Below, one piece after another: positions 45,801-60,800 of a stretch of 64,000 nt of DNA; position 1 is the first letter of the stretch, and each line of letters opens with the position of its first letter. The notes beneath the pieces are model-generated. The model was not told where the DNA came from, did no database searches, and saw only the letters and a program-made list of their open reading frames with translations. This stretch comes from Phoronis australis (Eukaryota > Animalia > Phoronida): positions 275,106 to 339,105 of the forward strand of contig NMRA01000349.1 in assembly GCA_002633005.1 (NCBI GenBank), given 5' to 3'. The position numbers and the translations under genes are program-made.

Positions 45801-48800
45801 AAAACTCAGCATTTATGAACCAAAAACGGTACTGACCCAACCCTTTTATTTTGCACAGACCAAAACTGCTGTGTGTGAAATTTCCACAGAAAATTCTTGT
45901 TTCGTGTTCAATCTTTTCGTAGAGTTAGCCTTCGGTTATCGATCACGGCGTGTGCAGAAAAACAGAAAACAAAGCACGTCGCCACACCACCACTGGCCAA
46001 TAAGTGACTGACAGCATACAGGTCGATTCGTAGTGTTTGTCAATCACGGCCTGGTCAGTTGAATACTACACCAACATTAAGTGAAGCGTCAACAGTTTGG
46101 GCGGAGTCACAAAGCGATACGGTAAAACTTCTTCAGTTTCGTACGCTATCGGTCGAAACATTTGTTTTATTATGGACTTCCTCGAAAAATAAATGGGAAG
46201 ACAATTTAATAATGTTATTCGCACAGTTTGCACTGTGCTGTTGCCATGAATCAACACATGGTTGAATGTCGTTATCTTCTACAAAATGGCAGATAGCTTT
46301 CCTACAAATTGAAGAACTTTTACCGCAAACAGAATGGAGAAGATGTCAAAAGAAGTACTGGACGTGTTCTCTAAAGCAATCACTACATTGAAGAAAAGCA
46401 ACTGAAAAACAACACAAGCCCAAGTGTAGCTGATAGCACTTGACTGATGGCAAGGCCATTCTTAAACTATTTTTGTTTTTCCTTGGCCTATTCTCACTCT
46501 TCTGAAATTGGTTCCCAAAAGGTAAAACACACCGAAAATTCCACATTTACGTTCAGCCGAGGTCATTTAGTACTTAGTGATTTTCTGCGACTTTAAAAAC
46601 GACTTCACAACAGTTGACCGTGGAACGGAAAACAAACTTAAAAGTTTAATTTGGGCCAAACGGAAAACAAATTAAAAAAGTTTAATTTGGGCCTAACTGG
46701 AGTACACCACAGTTACGACATGTTTCTTCAGCCAGCTTGGCTGACATGAGTGTTAACACACGGGCGATAGTGCATCAACTCACTTATGAAAGGAATGCGT
46801 AGCACACTTATCACTACTAACCTGAGGGTTTGGATGAGCCAAAGCTGAAGCCACCAGTACCAGTATTTGTAAACAGCGTAGTGGCTGGATTAACAAAATA
46901 AACAAGAGTTGTGCAATTAAAACCTCCCATTTAAGAAATATCAGAACAAAAGCAGTACCATAACAACTGTGTTAACTGTTTTCAAATGTACCATGCAGCG
47001 CCATCTTTAAACAGCATTATAAAACAGTTTCAGTTGGAGTTCTATTTTGAAACCCCTTTTCAGGTTTTTAATACGACAAGTCTGCGCTTCTCATTCAGTA
47101 TTAAGGGCCAGGTGGAAATCATTGATCACTTACACTGATCAGTTTGTCACCTCAAATGCAATTTCTTACCCATGACTTAAGGACTGCATGAGGCTTTAAC
47201 AATGTGGCAGAGCTTTGACNTGCAGCGTACTTCAGACATAAATTCAATGCACCTGCAGCAGACACAGCCAAAAGCTGTAACTGTAACATTTGAACCTAAA
47301 AGAAAAAAGATATTTCCAAATGTTTGTTTCATGAAGATGATCTTAAAAACTAGATATGGGTGATTTATAATTTGGTTGCAAACTGTCGTGTATTGGAGTA
47401 ACGAGAAGATAATGAAAGGATTGCCAAATTATGGCACAACAAGCTTTGTCAATACACATTAATTTAAAGTTCCACTATTTCCAAAACCCCTCCCAAATGA
47501 GCAGTATTTTGCTATACAGCTGGTGTTGACGTCAGCTAAAACTCAACATTTATGAACCAAAAACGGTACTGACCCAACCCTTTTATTTTGCACAGACCAA
47601 AACTGCTGCGTGCGAAATTTCCACAGAAAATTCTTGTTTCGTGTTCAATCTTTTCTTAGAGTTAGCCTTCGGTTATCGATCACGGCGTGCGCAGAAAAAC
47701 AGAAAACAAAGCACGTCGCCACACCACCACTGGCCAATAAGTGACTGACAGCATACAGGTCGATTCGTAGTGTTTGTCAATCACGGCCTGGTCAGTTGAA
47801 TACTACACCAACATTAAGTGAAGCGTCAACAGTATGGGCGGAGTCACAAAGCGATACGGTAAAACTTCTTCAGTTTCGTACGCTATCGATTGAAATATTT
47901 GTTTTATTATGGACTTCCTCGAAAAATAAATGGGAAGACAATTTAATAATGTTATTCGCACAGTTTGCACTGTGCTGTTGCCACGAATCAACACATGGTT
48001 GAATGTCGTTATCTTCTACAAAATGGCAGATAGCTTTCCTACAAATTGAAGAACTTTTACCGCAAACAGAATGGAGAAGATGTCAAAAGAAGTACCGGAC
48101 GTGTTCTCTAAAGCAATCACTACATTGAAGAAAAGCAACTGAAAAACAACACAAGCCCAAGTGTAGCTGATAGCACTTGACTGATGGCAAGGCCATTCTT
48201 AAACTATTTTTGTTTTTCCTTGGCCTATTCTCACTCTTCTGAAATTGGTTCCCAAAAGGTAAAACACACCGAACATTCCACATTTACGTTCAGCCGAGGT
48301 CATTTATTACTTAATGATTCTCTGCGACTTTAAAAACGACTTCACAACAGTTGATCGTGGAACGGAAAACAAACTTAAAAGTTTAATTTGGGCCAAACGG
48401 AAAACAACTTAAAAGTTTAATTTGGGCCTAACTGGAGTACACCACAGTTACGACATGTTTCTTCAGCCAGCTTGGCTGACATGAGTGTTAACACACGGGC
48501 GATAGTGCATCAACTCACTTATGAAAGGAATGCGTAGCACACTTATCACTACTAACCTGAGGGTTTGGATGAGCCAAAGCTGAAGCCACCAGTACCAGTA
48601 TTTGTAAACAGCGTAGTGGCTGGATTAACAAAATAAACAAGAGTTGTGCAATTAAAACCTCCCATTTAAGAAATATCAGAACAAAAGCAGTACCATAACA
48701 ACTGTGTTAACTGTTTTCAAATGTACCATGCAGCGCCATCTTTAAACAGCATTATAAAACAGTTTCAGTTGGAGTTCTATTTTGAAACCCCTTTTCAGGT

Positions 48801-51800
48801 TTTTAATACGACAAGTCTGCGCTTCTCATTCAGTATTAAGGGCCAGGTGGAAATCATTGATCACTTACACTGATCAGTTTGTCACCTCAAATGCAATTTC
48901 TTACCCATGACTTAAGGACTGCATGAGGCTTTAACAATGTGGCAGAGCTTTGACTAACTTCAGAGAAAAATATTTCTGCTGAAAGGCAGACACACAACCA
49001 GCTGGGTTGCAGTCTTGAGGTTAAACATCGACTTCTTAGAATTATGACTGCTACTAATACTACTGACCACCACCTCAAAAGATGGAGGTAACCAAAAGTG
49101 TGACAAGCTAGCTTTTTTCAATGCCACATGCTAATTTTTGACAAACGCTCGTCAGCATTTTGTAAGGCTGTCTTTTTTCGTTAAATGGGTCACAAAGTTC
49201 GGCAGAAATTTGATGAATGTACGGTTCAGACTGTACACCTCTTTGTAAAGCTGTCCATAACGGAGCAAATTTTAAAACAAAGTCACGAAACCCTACGATC
49301 CACACTCACATCCTCCAAACAGAGTTCCTGTATTGCTGGCTGTAGGCAGTCCTGTCACTGACTGAGCCTGAGTCTGAACTGGTCGCTGTAGCGACAACGC
49401 CAGCGCTGCAGCCGCCGGATTGGTCAGCCCAGCGAAAGGAGTGGGGCCGACAGAAGATGAGACGCTGCGGGATGAACGCGTTTTCTCTGCCATCTTTTTG
49501 CGAGCCTCGAAAACATTCGTGGTATCTCCGTGAATTGCCTTTCTGTAGTTTAAGTATTGTTCTTTTTGAGCCTGAAAGAAACGAAAATGAACTTGGAGTC
49601 CATAACAAAGTGAAAATAAGACGCAAGAAAAAGCTAGACTTGTTACAACAGTAAAATATCTCTTACTCTGGACACAATATGGCAATATAAATATATATCA
49701 ACGATCTTGAAGCTATTCTTTGAGTCAACAGTGAACTTGACAACAATCATAATTGACCTATAGCCAGGAGTTTGAGTGACGGCTTGACCGACCAATTAGA
49801 ACGCAGCATTCTTGACACACCTTCGTTTCCAAGCCTCCATTTTATCCGACAAACAGCACGTTACCAGGTAAAACTTATTGTTTGTTTGTCGACATTTTGC
49901 AAGAGGGCGGAGCTTGCGATAGGTCAATTGAACTTTTAGCATTTCGTACCATTAGTACTGGTTCAAATACTATAAACCATTTTGTGCCCTACGTTGCTCA
50001 AGTCAACGTCAACGTGAAGCAGACCACCATGTCTGCAGTGAACGTGATGGCAATTATAATAATGAATCTCCACTTTTAGCATCATTGCTACTAGTACTAT
50101 GTGTCATTTTCTACCCAACGTTGCCTCAACCCAATCTCAATGTGATGCAACCCACCATGCCACCGACCACCCCACCTTTACAGCTTCGTGGACCCCATGC
50201 AGCTGTGCAGCCAGTGCCACAAACGTCTCGTGGAGTTTCTTTAAACACGTGTTCAGCTCCTGCGGTGTGAACAAGCCTGGTTGGTGGAGCGCGACCAGGT
50301 AACTCTCCATCTCCTCAATCTGTTGACGGTACGCCGTCATGTGACTTTCGAAATCATCAACCAAACGGTGGAAATACCTGGAATAGAGAGTGGGGGATTA
50401 AAAGTGGATTTCTGGGAGGAATAAACTGGTGAATCAGTCACAAATCCGGCGAAATTTGTAAAACAACTGAAAGAGTGTTCAACTTAGACATACTGTCGAA
50501 GTAAAGGCTCTCCCTACACTAAGTGGTAAAGAATCATTTAGAAGTGGTTAAAATCAAATCGTACACAATTTCACTATCTCAATTTTGTGAGTCACCACAT
50601 AGTTTACGAATGGAAAAGGGTAGGTAGGAAATTAGCTCTTCCAAGGGAACACAGATAATGTGAATTGTGTTTAATGGTGAGATTAAAAATGACTACCATT
50701 TTCTGTCGTGAAACACTTGAAAACCTTAGGCAATGCACATTACCAGCATCTGAGAGAAGATTGTAGTCCTGAATAGATGCGCACCCTATTGAGATCCAGT
50801 GAAACCGTAGTTTTAAATTCAGAGGCAAAACAGGCTATTTTGGGAATGACACTACGAAAATGTGTGTTATAACAGGCATTATAACATAACTGTTTTGTTA
50901 TCTACGTAGCACATGCATCTGTATTTATTGACCGTGGTTGTCATGGTAAACAGGGGTTGGAATGACCAATGACTATAAAAGAGGAAAGTATTCCAGGTGA
51001 TGAATCGTTCCTCAAATAAATATGCTCTTGTGATAGAAACATTTTTGTGTTGTAAAATTCAGAAATAAACATTTTTACACAAAGTCAAAATAACGATAAA
51101 AAAGACGAAAAAAGAGGAATCTGGAAATCAAGTAAGAGGAAATTGAAACCAAAATAGAGGAAACAATATTGAAAAAAGAAAAAATTCAAGCCTTGGGTAA
51201 AATTGTGAATTCATGGTTTCAAAAGACCAGTGGCGTATGAAACTAAAATACAAATTCGCGGTGCAGATCTGGTTCAACGTAACGAGAATATGCAATGTTC
51301 TCCCTTCACTGATAGCAAACCATTTGACTTGGGTTACTGACATACGATCTGTGTAAGGTTAAAGAAGTTGCTCCCCAACCCCCAGGACTCAGAAGCAGAG
51401 TTTTAACAGTCTGACGATGTGTGTAAGCATAGGGAACCACATATAATCTCAGTTAGTTTAAGCACATAACAATGATTTTATGGCCTTTTTTGTTTGTGCA
51501 CCCAAATGCTCTTAACTCCACAAAATTTAATTGACAATGATAGTTATTACCAATCATTTAAGCTGTTAATAGAATTAGCCATCACGACTGGAAAATGGTA
51601 CTTTACCTGAATATTTTTGTCTTGTATTGAATTTCTAAGATTTTATAATTCAAGAGCCTTGGACATGTTTATACTGTCAGGAAGATTAAACAATTTTTAA
51701 TGTACAATGGTCAAGGTCAAATGCGTTACTGACAGAATTAAGTAAGAAAGTGGAACAGGCACCATTCAGCAGACTGGTAAACACTTGGATCAAGTTAGAA

Positions 51801-54800
51801 ATTAAACTGAAATCTGGAATATTGAAGACTTACATGGTGGGTGCCACATTCTCATACTGTAGTCCTGGGGGCGTGTCTCTTGTCCTCTGCGCAATCTCAG
51901 CATGCTTCAGCTCCTGAAGTAAATAGTTCACAAAACGTATAATATATATATGTGTATATGTGTACGTGTATCCCTATGTGTATACCACACAGTATTCCTA
52001 CACAACTCGTGGAACACTGAAACTAGATACTTTGTCATGGATAACTGGGAACACACTGGTTTACACTTTGTCTAGTTGGCCATTTAACAACCTATTATTG
52101 GCTGGGTTTGATCAGTTTTTTAACTGCTGGCTCTCTTCCTTCTTGTATGGCAACTTTATCCTGCGCATAGCCGTATTTCACATTAGAACGAAGACAATGG
52201 TCATAAAAATGGAAAATTTTATATGTTTGTGTTGAAAACTTTTGAACTGCATCCACCCGCTCACATCACACCCCGTTCCCTAATATTAAAACTACAAGAC
52301 CCCTACACTCACCATGGCCGACTCGGCCTTCAGTTTCTCCACTGCCGCAACACTCCTTTGTACTCCGTTAGACACGACGGCCAACATCTTGCGCAGACTG
52401 TTCACTTCCTCCTGGATTCCGGAGATCTCTCGCGAGGACACCCGTGCAATCTTCTCTCGCACGTCTTTTTGGTCTTTTAAAAACTTTCTACAACGAATTA
52501 TGAGTCGCAAAATGTCTGGAGAGCCGATAGAGCAACAGTGCTAATTACTGAAGTCCAGTCAAAGACCACAAGTAACACTTGAAATGCCACTATCATATTT
52601 GTATTTTAAACTTTTGAAAATTGAAGCAAAACCAAAAATCTAATTTTAAAATAACAGTTACAACCCTTTCCGTGTTTCTTGTTCCAAAGTCCACAAGCGA
52701 AATTTGAAGAAAAACTTAGGTATTTCAACGTCTCCTTAGGATTTACAAAATTGAAACCCCGATACTGACCCACCAATGCCAGAAAAAAATGACTGCTTCA
52801 GCAAAGGGAAGGAATAAAATACTTGAGTAAGACTAAACCGAAACCAAGTGCTCTGAGAATAAACAATCGTGTTAATTACGTGTCCGTTGTACTCATTTGG
52901 TTAAGGTCTTACTAAGTGCAAGAAATTATTATCTACTTAAGTGCGTTACAAGTGTTTTGACCATCAGTGGCTGTACCACCCTCAGTCGTGGAAAATACTG
53001 TGCACCGACTACTGATACAACTGTAACTGAACTCTGGGCAATTTTTAACCCATCAGTGCGACGTGCCTTATTTGGTCGATTTGGGCAATGTTCATACTTC
53101 ATATAACTGGAAAAATCACTGGGTGCATACATCGCGCAAGCTAAGATTTAAAATCTATCTGTGTTTTGCAAGTGCAGTACAGAGGTTTTCAAAAAAGTTG
53201 TGTGCATCTCGATGAAATACGTTCAGTAGCTTTGCTGAGGTTACGTTCAAATCTAAAAATTTGTTGAAAATAACCAGAAAATTATACAAGAATTTGGGCA
53301 AAAACAGAAGAAAGATTTCTCTTCTACATGGCACACTGCCAAAAATACTCAATATTTTGAATATATCTCAGCATCATTGACCAACTTTATGAACACTATG
53401 CGCACATGAATCGTCATCGGACAGTGACTTACTTGAATTTAGTGATGTCCTGGATCAGTTCTCCAGGGATTTGTTCCTCTTTGGCAGATTTTGTGCTACA
53501 AATAGTATAACATAAAACAGCCTGAACCTTATTTTAATAACATCTGAACAGCATAATGATTGTAAATACAATACATTAAAGAGGACATCAACCCCCTTGA
53601 ACTTCTGGGCCCAGTTCCATAAAAGTTATATGCTGTATAGCAACGACATCGCATTATCACGCAGCACGTTGTTATTGTTGAACAATGCACCCGACCTCAT
53701 ACAACAATCAAACTTATCCAGCAGATAATTCTGAAGTTTTATGCAACCCAGCCCTGCTTTAAGCCACTTCCCGTCCTAAAATTCATCTTCATGTTTCTTA
53801 TTAAGTCGAGACGTGATTCCTGGGTTTACAAAGAACTGCCATCCATTATTCCTTGAGAACAGGCTCTGTGTATACAGTAACATGATGCATTGCGACAAGT
53901 ACCCTTGTAGTCTGGTCTCAAGCAATAAGGAACAGTTCCATTGAAGCCCCGTTAGACCAAGGAACTATTTTACAACTGTAAGTGGTTTAAATCATTATTT
54001 GGAAGGCAGATTTATCTGCTTTAGTTCACGCTAAAAATTCTTTAATGTCCGACATTCACGCGTAGTTCCCAGCCAAAAAAATGAGGTCACTTCCACGATT
54101 TTAAAACAAATGAATTGTGCTGTTTTATGAAAAGCAATGGTATTCAAAAATATGGAAATATTTACAAACAAAACACCATTTCTCATTAATCAAAAATTGT
54201 AAAAATTATTTTCTTGCATTCAATTAATAAAAAATAAAGCTAAGTAGACTTCAGTAGAGAAACATCAATTTTTCGTTCACCTTTTACAATTGACCTTACG
54301 CCAGCAGAAGATCGCTCCCCCTATGTTGTCACGTGATGCGGAAGTCCGACATTAGAGAATGGCTTCGTCAAGCAAGACCGGTGTGCTAACTGATATTCAC
54401 GCACACTTTGGCAAACATTATCTTCCATATGAATCTCGCCATGACAAAGACAAAAGGCAACAGCCTTCAGAAAAGGTTCCAACAGGAATGGGGTGAAGAT
54501 TTACGTCGAGGACACCTGACATGTAAACCGCCCGCGGATGTTTCAGAAGTCAACGCAAATCCTACGAGCCTCATAGAGTTGACATCAGCGTCGACAAAAA
54601 CTGCACGAATGCGGTTAAAAATAATAGTAAAAATCCTTAATGAATAACAATTCTTCCCTCAAAGCAAAACGACTGTTTTACTAAAATATTTAGGGGAACA
54701 AGAAACCTACTGAGCTATAGCTGTAACAGTTCAGCAGAGAATTTCGTGTCCAGTGATCGCCAATGGTCGAGCCGGCGCCGTGACAGACACACGTAATAAG

Positions 54801-57800
54801 TCGAAATTCGGAGTCCCACTGTAACCATTCAAATTAACCTTTCAAAGGTAGTGATTTTGATGAAGCAACACCAGCCTAACCCGGTCAGTACTTGAGTGGT
54901 GACCATGATTATGACCTCCGAAGACAGACTAAACAAAGCTTGCCGACTGCGGAATGTTGCCTATGAATCTGTTGTTTTATATCTGAGTACATGTCAACCA
55001 CTAATACGGCACTGCGTATTTACTCAGTACGTGCTTGCCGTTTCTTCCACAGTGCAACGGCGTAGCGCCAAAATGCTACTTTTTCGGTAATTAATGTGCA
55101 TTTTCTTCGATGTTCATAATAAAGTTTTCAATCCTTAGCTTTGGCTTTTACAGGAAATATTTGTCGAGATAATAACAGTCACGAGCCAGTCGACAGGGTC
55201 AAGACTGAGGAGTTACGAAGGAATAGGAATAGGCCTATAACAACACTCAGTCAGTATAGATGTAAGAGCCTCTAATAGGTAAGTAGGATGGCATGCAATG
55301 CATTTTGACTCTTGATGGACTACATTTTAACTCGTTTTTGTCAGTGCTATGGAAATGGTTGTCATGTATGGTTATAATGAACCAGAAAAAGATCTTAGAG
55401 GCGGTGGGTCACACACTTAGCAAAGACTGTAATCCAGAGCCAAAAAATCTCTAATATTGGGAAGAAATATCAAAAAGAGCGCATACCTTAAAACATAGTT
55501 GTGTTTAGCTTTCGAGTGGTCAACAATGTTGACAGGTTAGGCTGCTCGTGCGGGAGTACACACAGTTTAGGTAATCCATCGTTTGCTCATTACAACGAAA
55601 ACTTTTAGGCTTTGGAAAAGGCCAAAAATTGACAGGACTTTCATCTCTGTCGGTATAACGACTGTCTGAATTACACACACCACAACACCTCTTGGCCATT
55701 TAAAATGCACATTGTAGTTGAACGTGTTTTGTCCTACAGCCACTAATGCTTGTCGGACAAGATGGCGACTTGAACTGCAGTCTGGATGAATGTCCGGAAT
55801 GCAGCATTCTGATTGGTCAATCACACCTGTCATTCATGTTCTGGCGTAAGGTCAATTAGTCTCAAAACAATCATTAAAAACAATTTCGAAATAATACTAT
55901 ACATCACATCAAAAATTATGTAAAGTCATTTGAAACTCACTTTGATTTTCCACCACTGCCAACAGCACCTGTGCAAATACAAAACACCATGTGAATCACA
56001 ACGTTCCACCTTCATGTATCCAAACAGGATGTTGCACCATGTTTGAAATGTTTTGCATCACGTTTGGAAAACTTGAGCCATGTTTGAAAAGCACAGAGCC
56101 ATGTTTGAAAAGCTCAGAGTCATGTTTGTAAAGCTCAGAGCCATGTTTGAAAAGCTCAGAGTCATGTTTGTAAAGCTCAGAGCAATGTTTGAAAATCTCC
56201 GAGCCATGTTTGAAAAGCTCCAAGCCATGTTTGAAAAGCACCGAGCCATGTTTAAAATCTCAAGCTATGTTCGACAAGCCAGAGCTTTTTTCTGCTTCAC
56301 AAAACAAATGATTTTGAAAGAGTGTGCCACAGTGATACCAATTTTATCATGAAAATGATAGTGATACGCTCAGCAAGTGGAAGTACTATGCAAGCAATTA
56401 TTGTTGTTTTTGTGAATTAACAGACATGAAATTAGGACGCAAAACACGACATGGAATTTGCACCATATTGAATTTTTGCTCAGGGAGAACCCTGAATCTG
56501 GCAATCAATGGCAAATAACAGAGAAAATCATCAACAATCAAAGGGGGGAAGTACAATAGAAATGAATCATGAAAGTTTAGCATGTTTCAGACAATCCAGA
56601 GATGAGGTATGGTAACAAAATCTAACTACAGACGGACTGGGAAAAAAGAAATCTTGAGATGGACAGCAGCACGTTTATGTAAATAGAGCGTGCGGTTTGC
56701 TAACAATTTTAGATTCGACAATCATCATGATTTCAACAGTCAATACAACCTACTACAGAAAAAAATATCTAAATGAGTACGCAATAACAAATATATCACA
56801 GACACCGGTACATTTACTGCACTGTATTGCTACAATCAGTCTTTCAACAATGAAGATGAATACCTGAAGCTGTACTGGTAGTTGTCGGATCAAGGCCCCC
56901 TAGACCTATCTTAGGAGCCACCGTGGCGGCGGCCTGTGACAGTGTAGAGGCTGCAAATAGAGGGGAACAAATCGTATCACGTTTGGTAACTGCTGGTAGT
57001 CAAACGATACCACAGCTTGTCAAACGATAAAACGGATAGCGTTGGCGATTTATCCTTAAGCTTCACACGGCTTGTACACACACATGTAGTAGGTGTAACC
57101 ACTCGACAGACTGAGTAACTGACACCAGGATTGTGGCTGGATAATTTTTACTTCTGCTTCAATCGTTAAAAATGCATTTACACATGAAGATAATGTGGCC
57201 AGATATCAGTAAGATAATAAACGCTAGTCTTTGGTTGTAAAGTAAATGGGAGGCAAAAGGAAAGAAATTCTAAACTGTGAATAAGGAAACGCCACAGTAG
57301 TCGGACTAGCCCCAAAATCTGCATCAACTGGAACACATAAACAATTTTCAAAGGTCCGTCAAGGAACTCAGAGGATATTGAGGTACAGTCAAAAAATTGC
57401 CACTGAGGTACTTGTCCAAAAATCTCGTCATCTGTGCGCTCTTCAATAGGAACACATGAACCACATCTAATGATGATACAACAAGCAATGTATCAGCATC
57501 GGTCACACTGTCCGCAATAAGAACACATCTGCCAAACTTCATAATGCTCCTTCAAGCGGTTTGGCAGATAAGAGAGGCAGATGCCACAGAGTGGGTGTAG
57601 AATACCTCAAATCTGAATGACACTGTAAAAGTGCTGCCATCACCTGTCATGGAACTAGGGAGATAGAGGCATAAGCAAAAAATTGCCACTTGGGGTACAG
57701 TGGAAGTCAGATCATAGTCGTCGTCGTCGTCATCTATAACAGTCATTCAAAATTTTAAGGTTGGCAAACTCTAATAAACTCTGTCAGAATTGGTTTTATG

Positions 57801-60800
57801 AGTCATCGGCAGTTTTGATGTTCTTTCTGGTAATGGAAATAAAATTCCATTACCCCAAGAAAATTATGGTATTATGTGATAGATTTTATGAGCCAGATAA
57901 CATACCTTGTGAAGAAGTGGCACCTAGACCAAGTGTAGTGTTACCCAGTGACAGACCAACACCAGGTGTGCCTGTAAAAAATAAATCACAGGTAATAGTA
58001 AGGACAGGTGAGCAGTTCAGCGCTGAAAAGGTTTAACAACTTTGCAACATTGTTCATATAACACTGCAACTGGCAACACACAACCATTATTAAATGGATG
58101 AGAGTTGAAATAAGAGTATGGGTCAAATTTCAAATCTCAGTCACTCGCATCAAATTTCAGACATGTATGTGCACACGCGTCCATATATTTAAACTATAGC
58201 ACACCCAGCAAGTCTCTAAAATGTCCCTCCGAAAAGACCACTTACACCGTAACACTGGAGTTATTTGATGAACTATCACTTCTTGCCCACCATAGAAACC
58301 ATTTCTAATCTGGGAAAAGAACGATGAAGCTGAAACCATTCTTGGACAAAACACTGCTCTGTTTTGACTGACACTAGGTGTGTAGCAGCCTTAAAGGGTA
58401 CCAATGGTACCATTGATAATTCAATGCACATTTCTCCTTACTTGTGTTGACTGCATTACCAAAGCTGAATCCACTGGTGCTAGGGGTTGTAGTGGTGGAC
58501 GCAGCTGCAACAAAACGACGACTAGAATGCAACAGCTACATAACAGTAAAAAATATATTAACGTTCTACTTTTTTTGCATACCTGCAGCGCCACTTCTGG
58601 GATACGGTTCCAAATAACTACCTTAACGCGTACATCTATTCAGATGTCCAGTTACTTCATTAGAATCACTTTGTAAATTTTAAGCAAGCTAATTTTGGAG
58701 ACAGGCTTGTGGTAAAGAAAAATACAAAATATTACTTCACAGACATAACCCCTCAATTGCGTACCTCAAAAGAGAACCATCAAATCCTGATTAGACAGAC
58801 TTTTCCTTACTTTTGCGGTGTGCGAACCCAGTGACCCCAGAGGCAGAGGTAAGAATAAAAAAGCACTTGCAAACACATTTCTAATGGATCCTACACCAGT
58901 CCATGAAGTCAGGGTGTCAAACCATATAAACAGTTGAAGGCACTCCAACACTTGCCTAGACCTGTCGGTTCATCTCACTAACACTAAGTGACTCACACCA
59001 TGAAAAAGAAAACCAAACGCAATACATCGCTCAATTCAAATCCCTTACTGGCATATTCTAAGTGAGGACTGCCTCGAAAATTCCTATAATCTCTGAAAAG
59101 ATTTCGCTGTCACAGCGAATCATAATTTAGCTGTCGAAACTAGCATGTGTAATTCTGTTGCTAATACTGAAAGTGGTTGTCGTTTTGTCCAAACTACTAT
59201 CAAAGACAAATAAAAAAAACAGTGCAGGTGGCCTGATGTCATTGCGGTGCATCAGACATGCGCAGGCCTCTAGGTTGGGCCCATTGCACAAAACACCTGA
59301 GACAAATATCACGTTATCATTGTATCATGATTTAAGGAATAGACTTTCAAAGTACTGGAGCAATAGCAGTGTCAGCAAATTTAGTAGTTTAATAAAAATC
59401 CCAACAAAGGTAACCATTTATTATGCTTTTTACAAAAGATCATCAATGTATCAAGAAATCTTTTTAAAGGTGCCTCTTTAGTATTATTTGTTAGAATTTA
59501 GGCTTTGGGCATCTTGCCTTGACTACATGAAATTTCAGGCATTTAATATTGTATTGATTTCTTGCGAGAGGCTCGGGAGCAAGCATACCCCAAAATAAAA
59601 GTAGTCTAATAAATATTAAAACAACCCATCACTTCACATATAGGCAGACCACCCCAATGGCACGTCTACACGGTACATTTAATAATAACTAAATACGCAA
59701 TCTCCTTACTTGTGTTGAGGGCATTGCCGAAGCTGAATCCACCGACACCAGAAGTCGTAGTGGTAGAGGCTGGAATAACACAATGGCCAGCATTCAGTCA
59801 GTGGGTAAGGAACAGTTACGGTAAATACACTGATATTCCCCACAGCTGTAGTCACAGAAAAACGATCATTATACCATCATCCAACTACAAGAAGGTACAC
59901 CACCTACAGCACCTTTTGGAAACGACCCCCGCAAACTGAACTTAGTGCAATTACTTTGTGAAAATCTGCAAAAATCCACTGATTAGACTTTGTTTTCCTT
60001 AGTTATTTTTGTGGCACACTAAAATGAGCAATCAACACTGGCAGTAATTCAATAATGTATTCAGCTGTGGAGCTGTTGCTGCTGGTTTTCCTGTAATTTT
60101 TCTGTTAGTTATTGAGGACTGGCGATTGAACAACGTGTTTGCACTGACAAGAACGACATCAAACAATGACATGAGTGTGGCCGCGAGTTTTCACTGATAA
60201 GCCGGGCAACCCAGTTTCGGAGGTAAACTCACAGAATTTTATATGCCACCTGAACTCGAAAACTGTTTTACTTCCCTACATTTGTCTCTTAAAAATGCTC
60301 AAATATGCTGCATATGAATGGAAAGTGAAAACAGGAATCCTTTGATCTCTCATTTTAGGGATAAATGAATACACAGACGTGAAATGCAGAACCACAAAAC
60401 AGACTTTAAAGAAGTTGATGACGCAGTCTTGTCAAGATAAATGGTGATTTTGAATTTGAGAATTTTTAAGAGACAAATTTTGAAAACCAAAACTGTTACA
60501 GCTCTTAAGTTCAGGTGGTACCTGGCACAAACAACATTCCACCAGCTATTTCATTACTATTTTTAAAGTTTCTGGGAATCAAGTTACTTAACGAAAGTTT
60601 AAAAACTTTTGTTAATTCCTTATTGTATGTACTCACTGGATCCGATGCCACCCAAGTTCAAGGCTGGTGTTGGATTTGTTACAGATGATACGACTGAAAA
60701 CACAAGAAAATGCACAGACAGTTAAGTGTGAACTGGGTATTAAATCTTGGAATGCGAGTTTTAACAGTTACAAGGAGTTGAATGCACATTCGCTTAGGGC

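Noticed and set aside
46059-48283. Pairs of identical small ORFs suggesting a duplicated gene cluster
   Set aside because: They are intronic by-products of the 1.73-kb duplication and have no recognisable motifs.
55996-56352. Heptad-repeat ORFs (LFKHGSE / MFEKLRA) or a CRISPR-like array
   Set aside because: These are translations of a 21-bp intronic minisatellite with no unique spacers and no splice support.
59870-60090. Extra NUP58 exon(s) (GKPAATAPQ..., KFSLRGSF...)
   Set aside because: An in-frame stop occurs before any good donor, and no consistent AG/GT pair was found.
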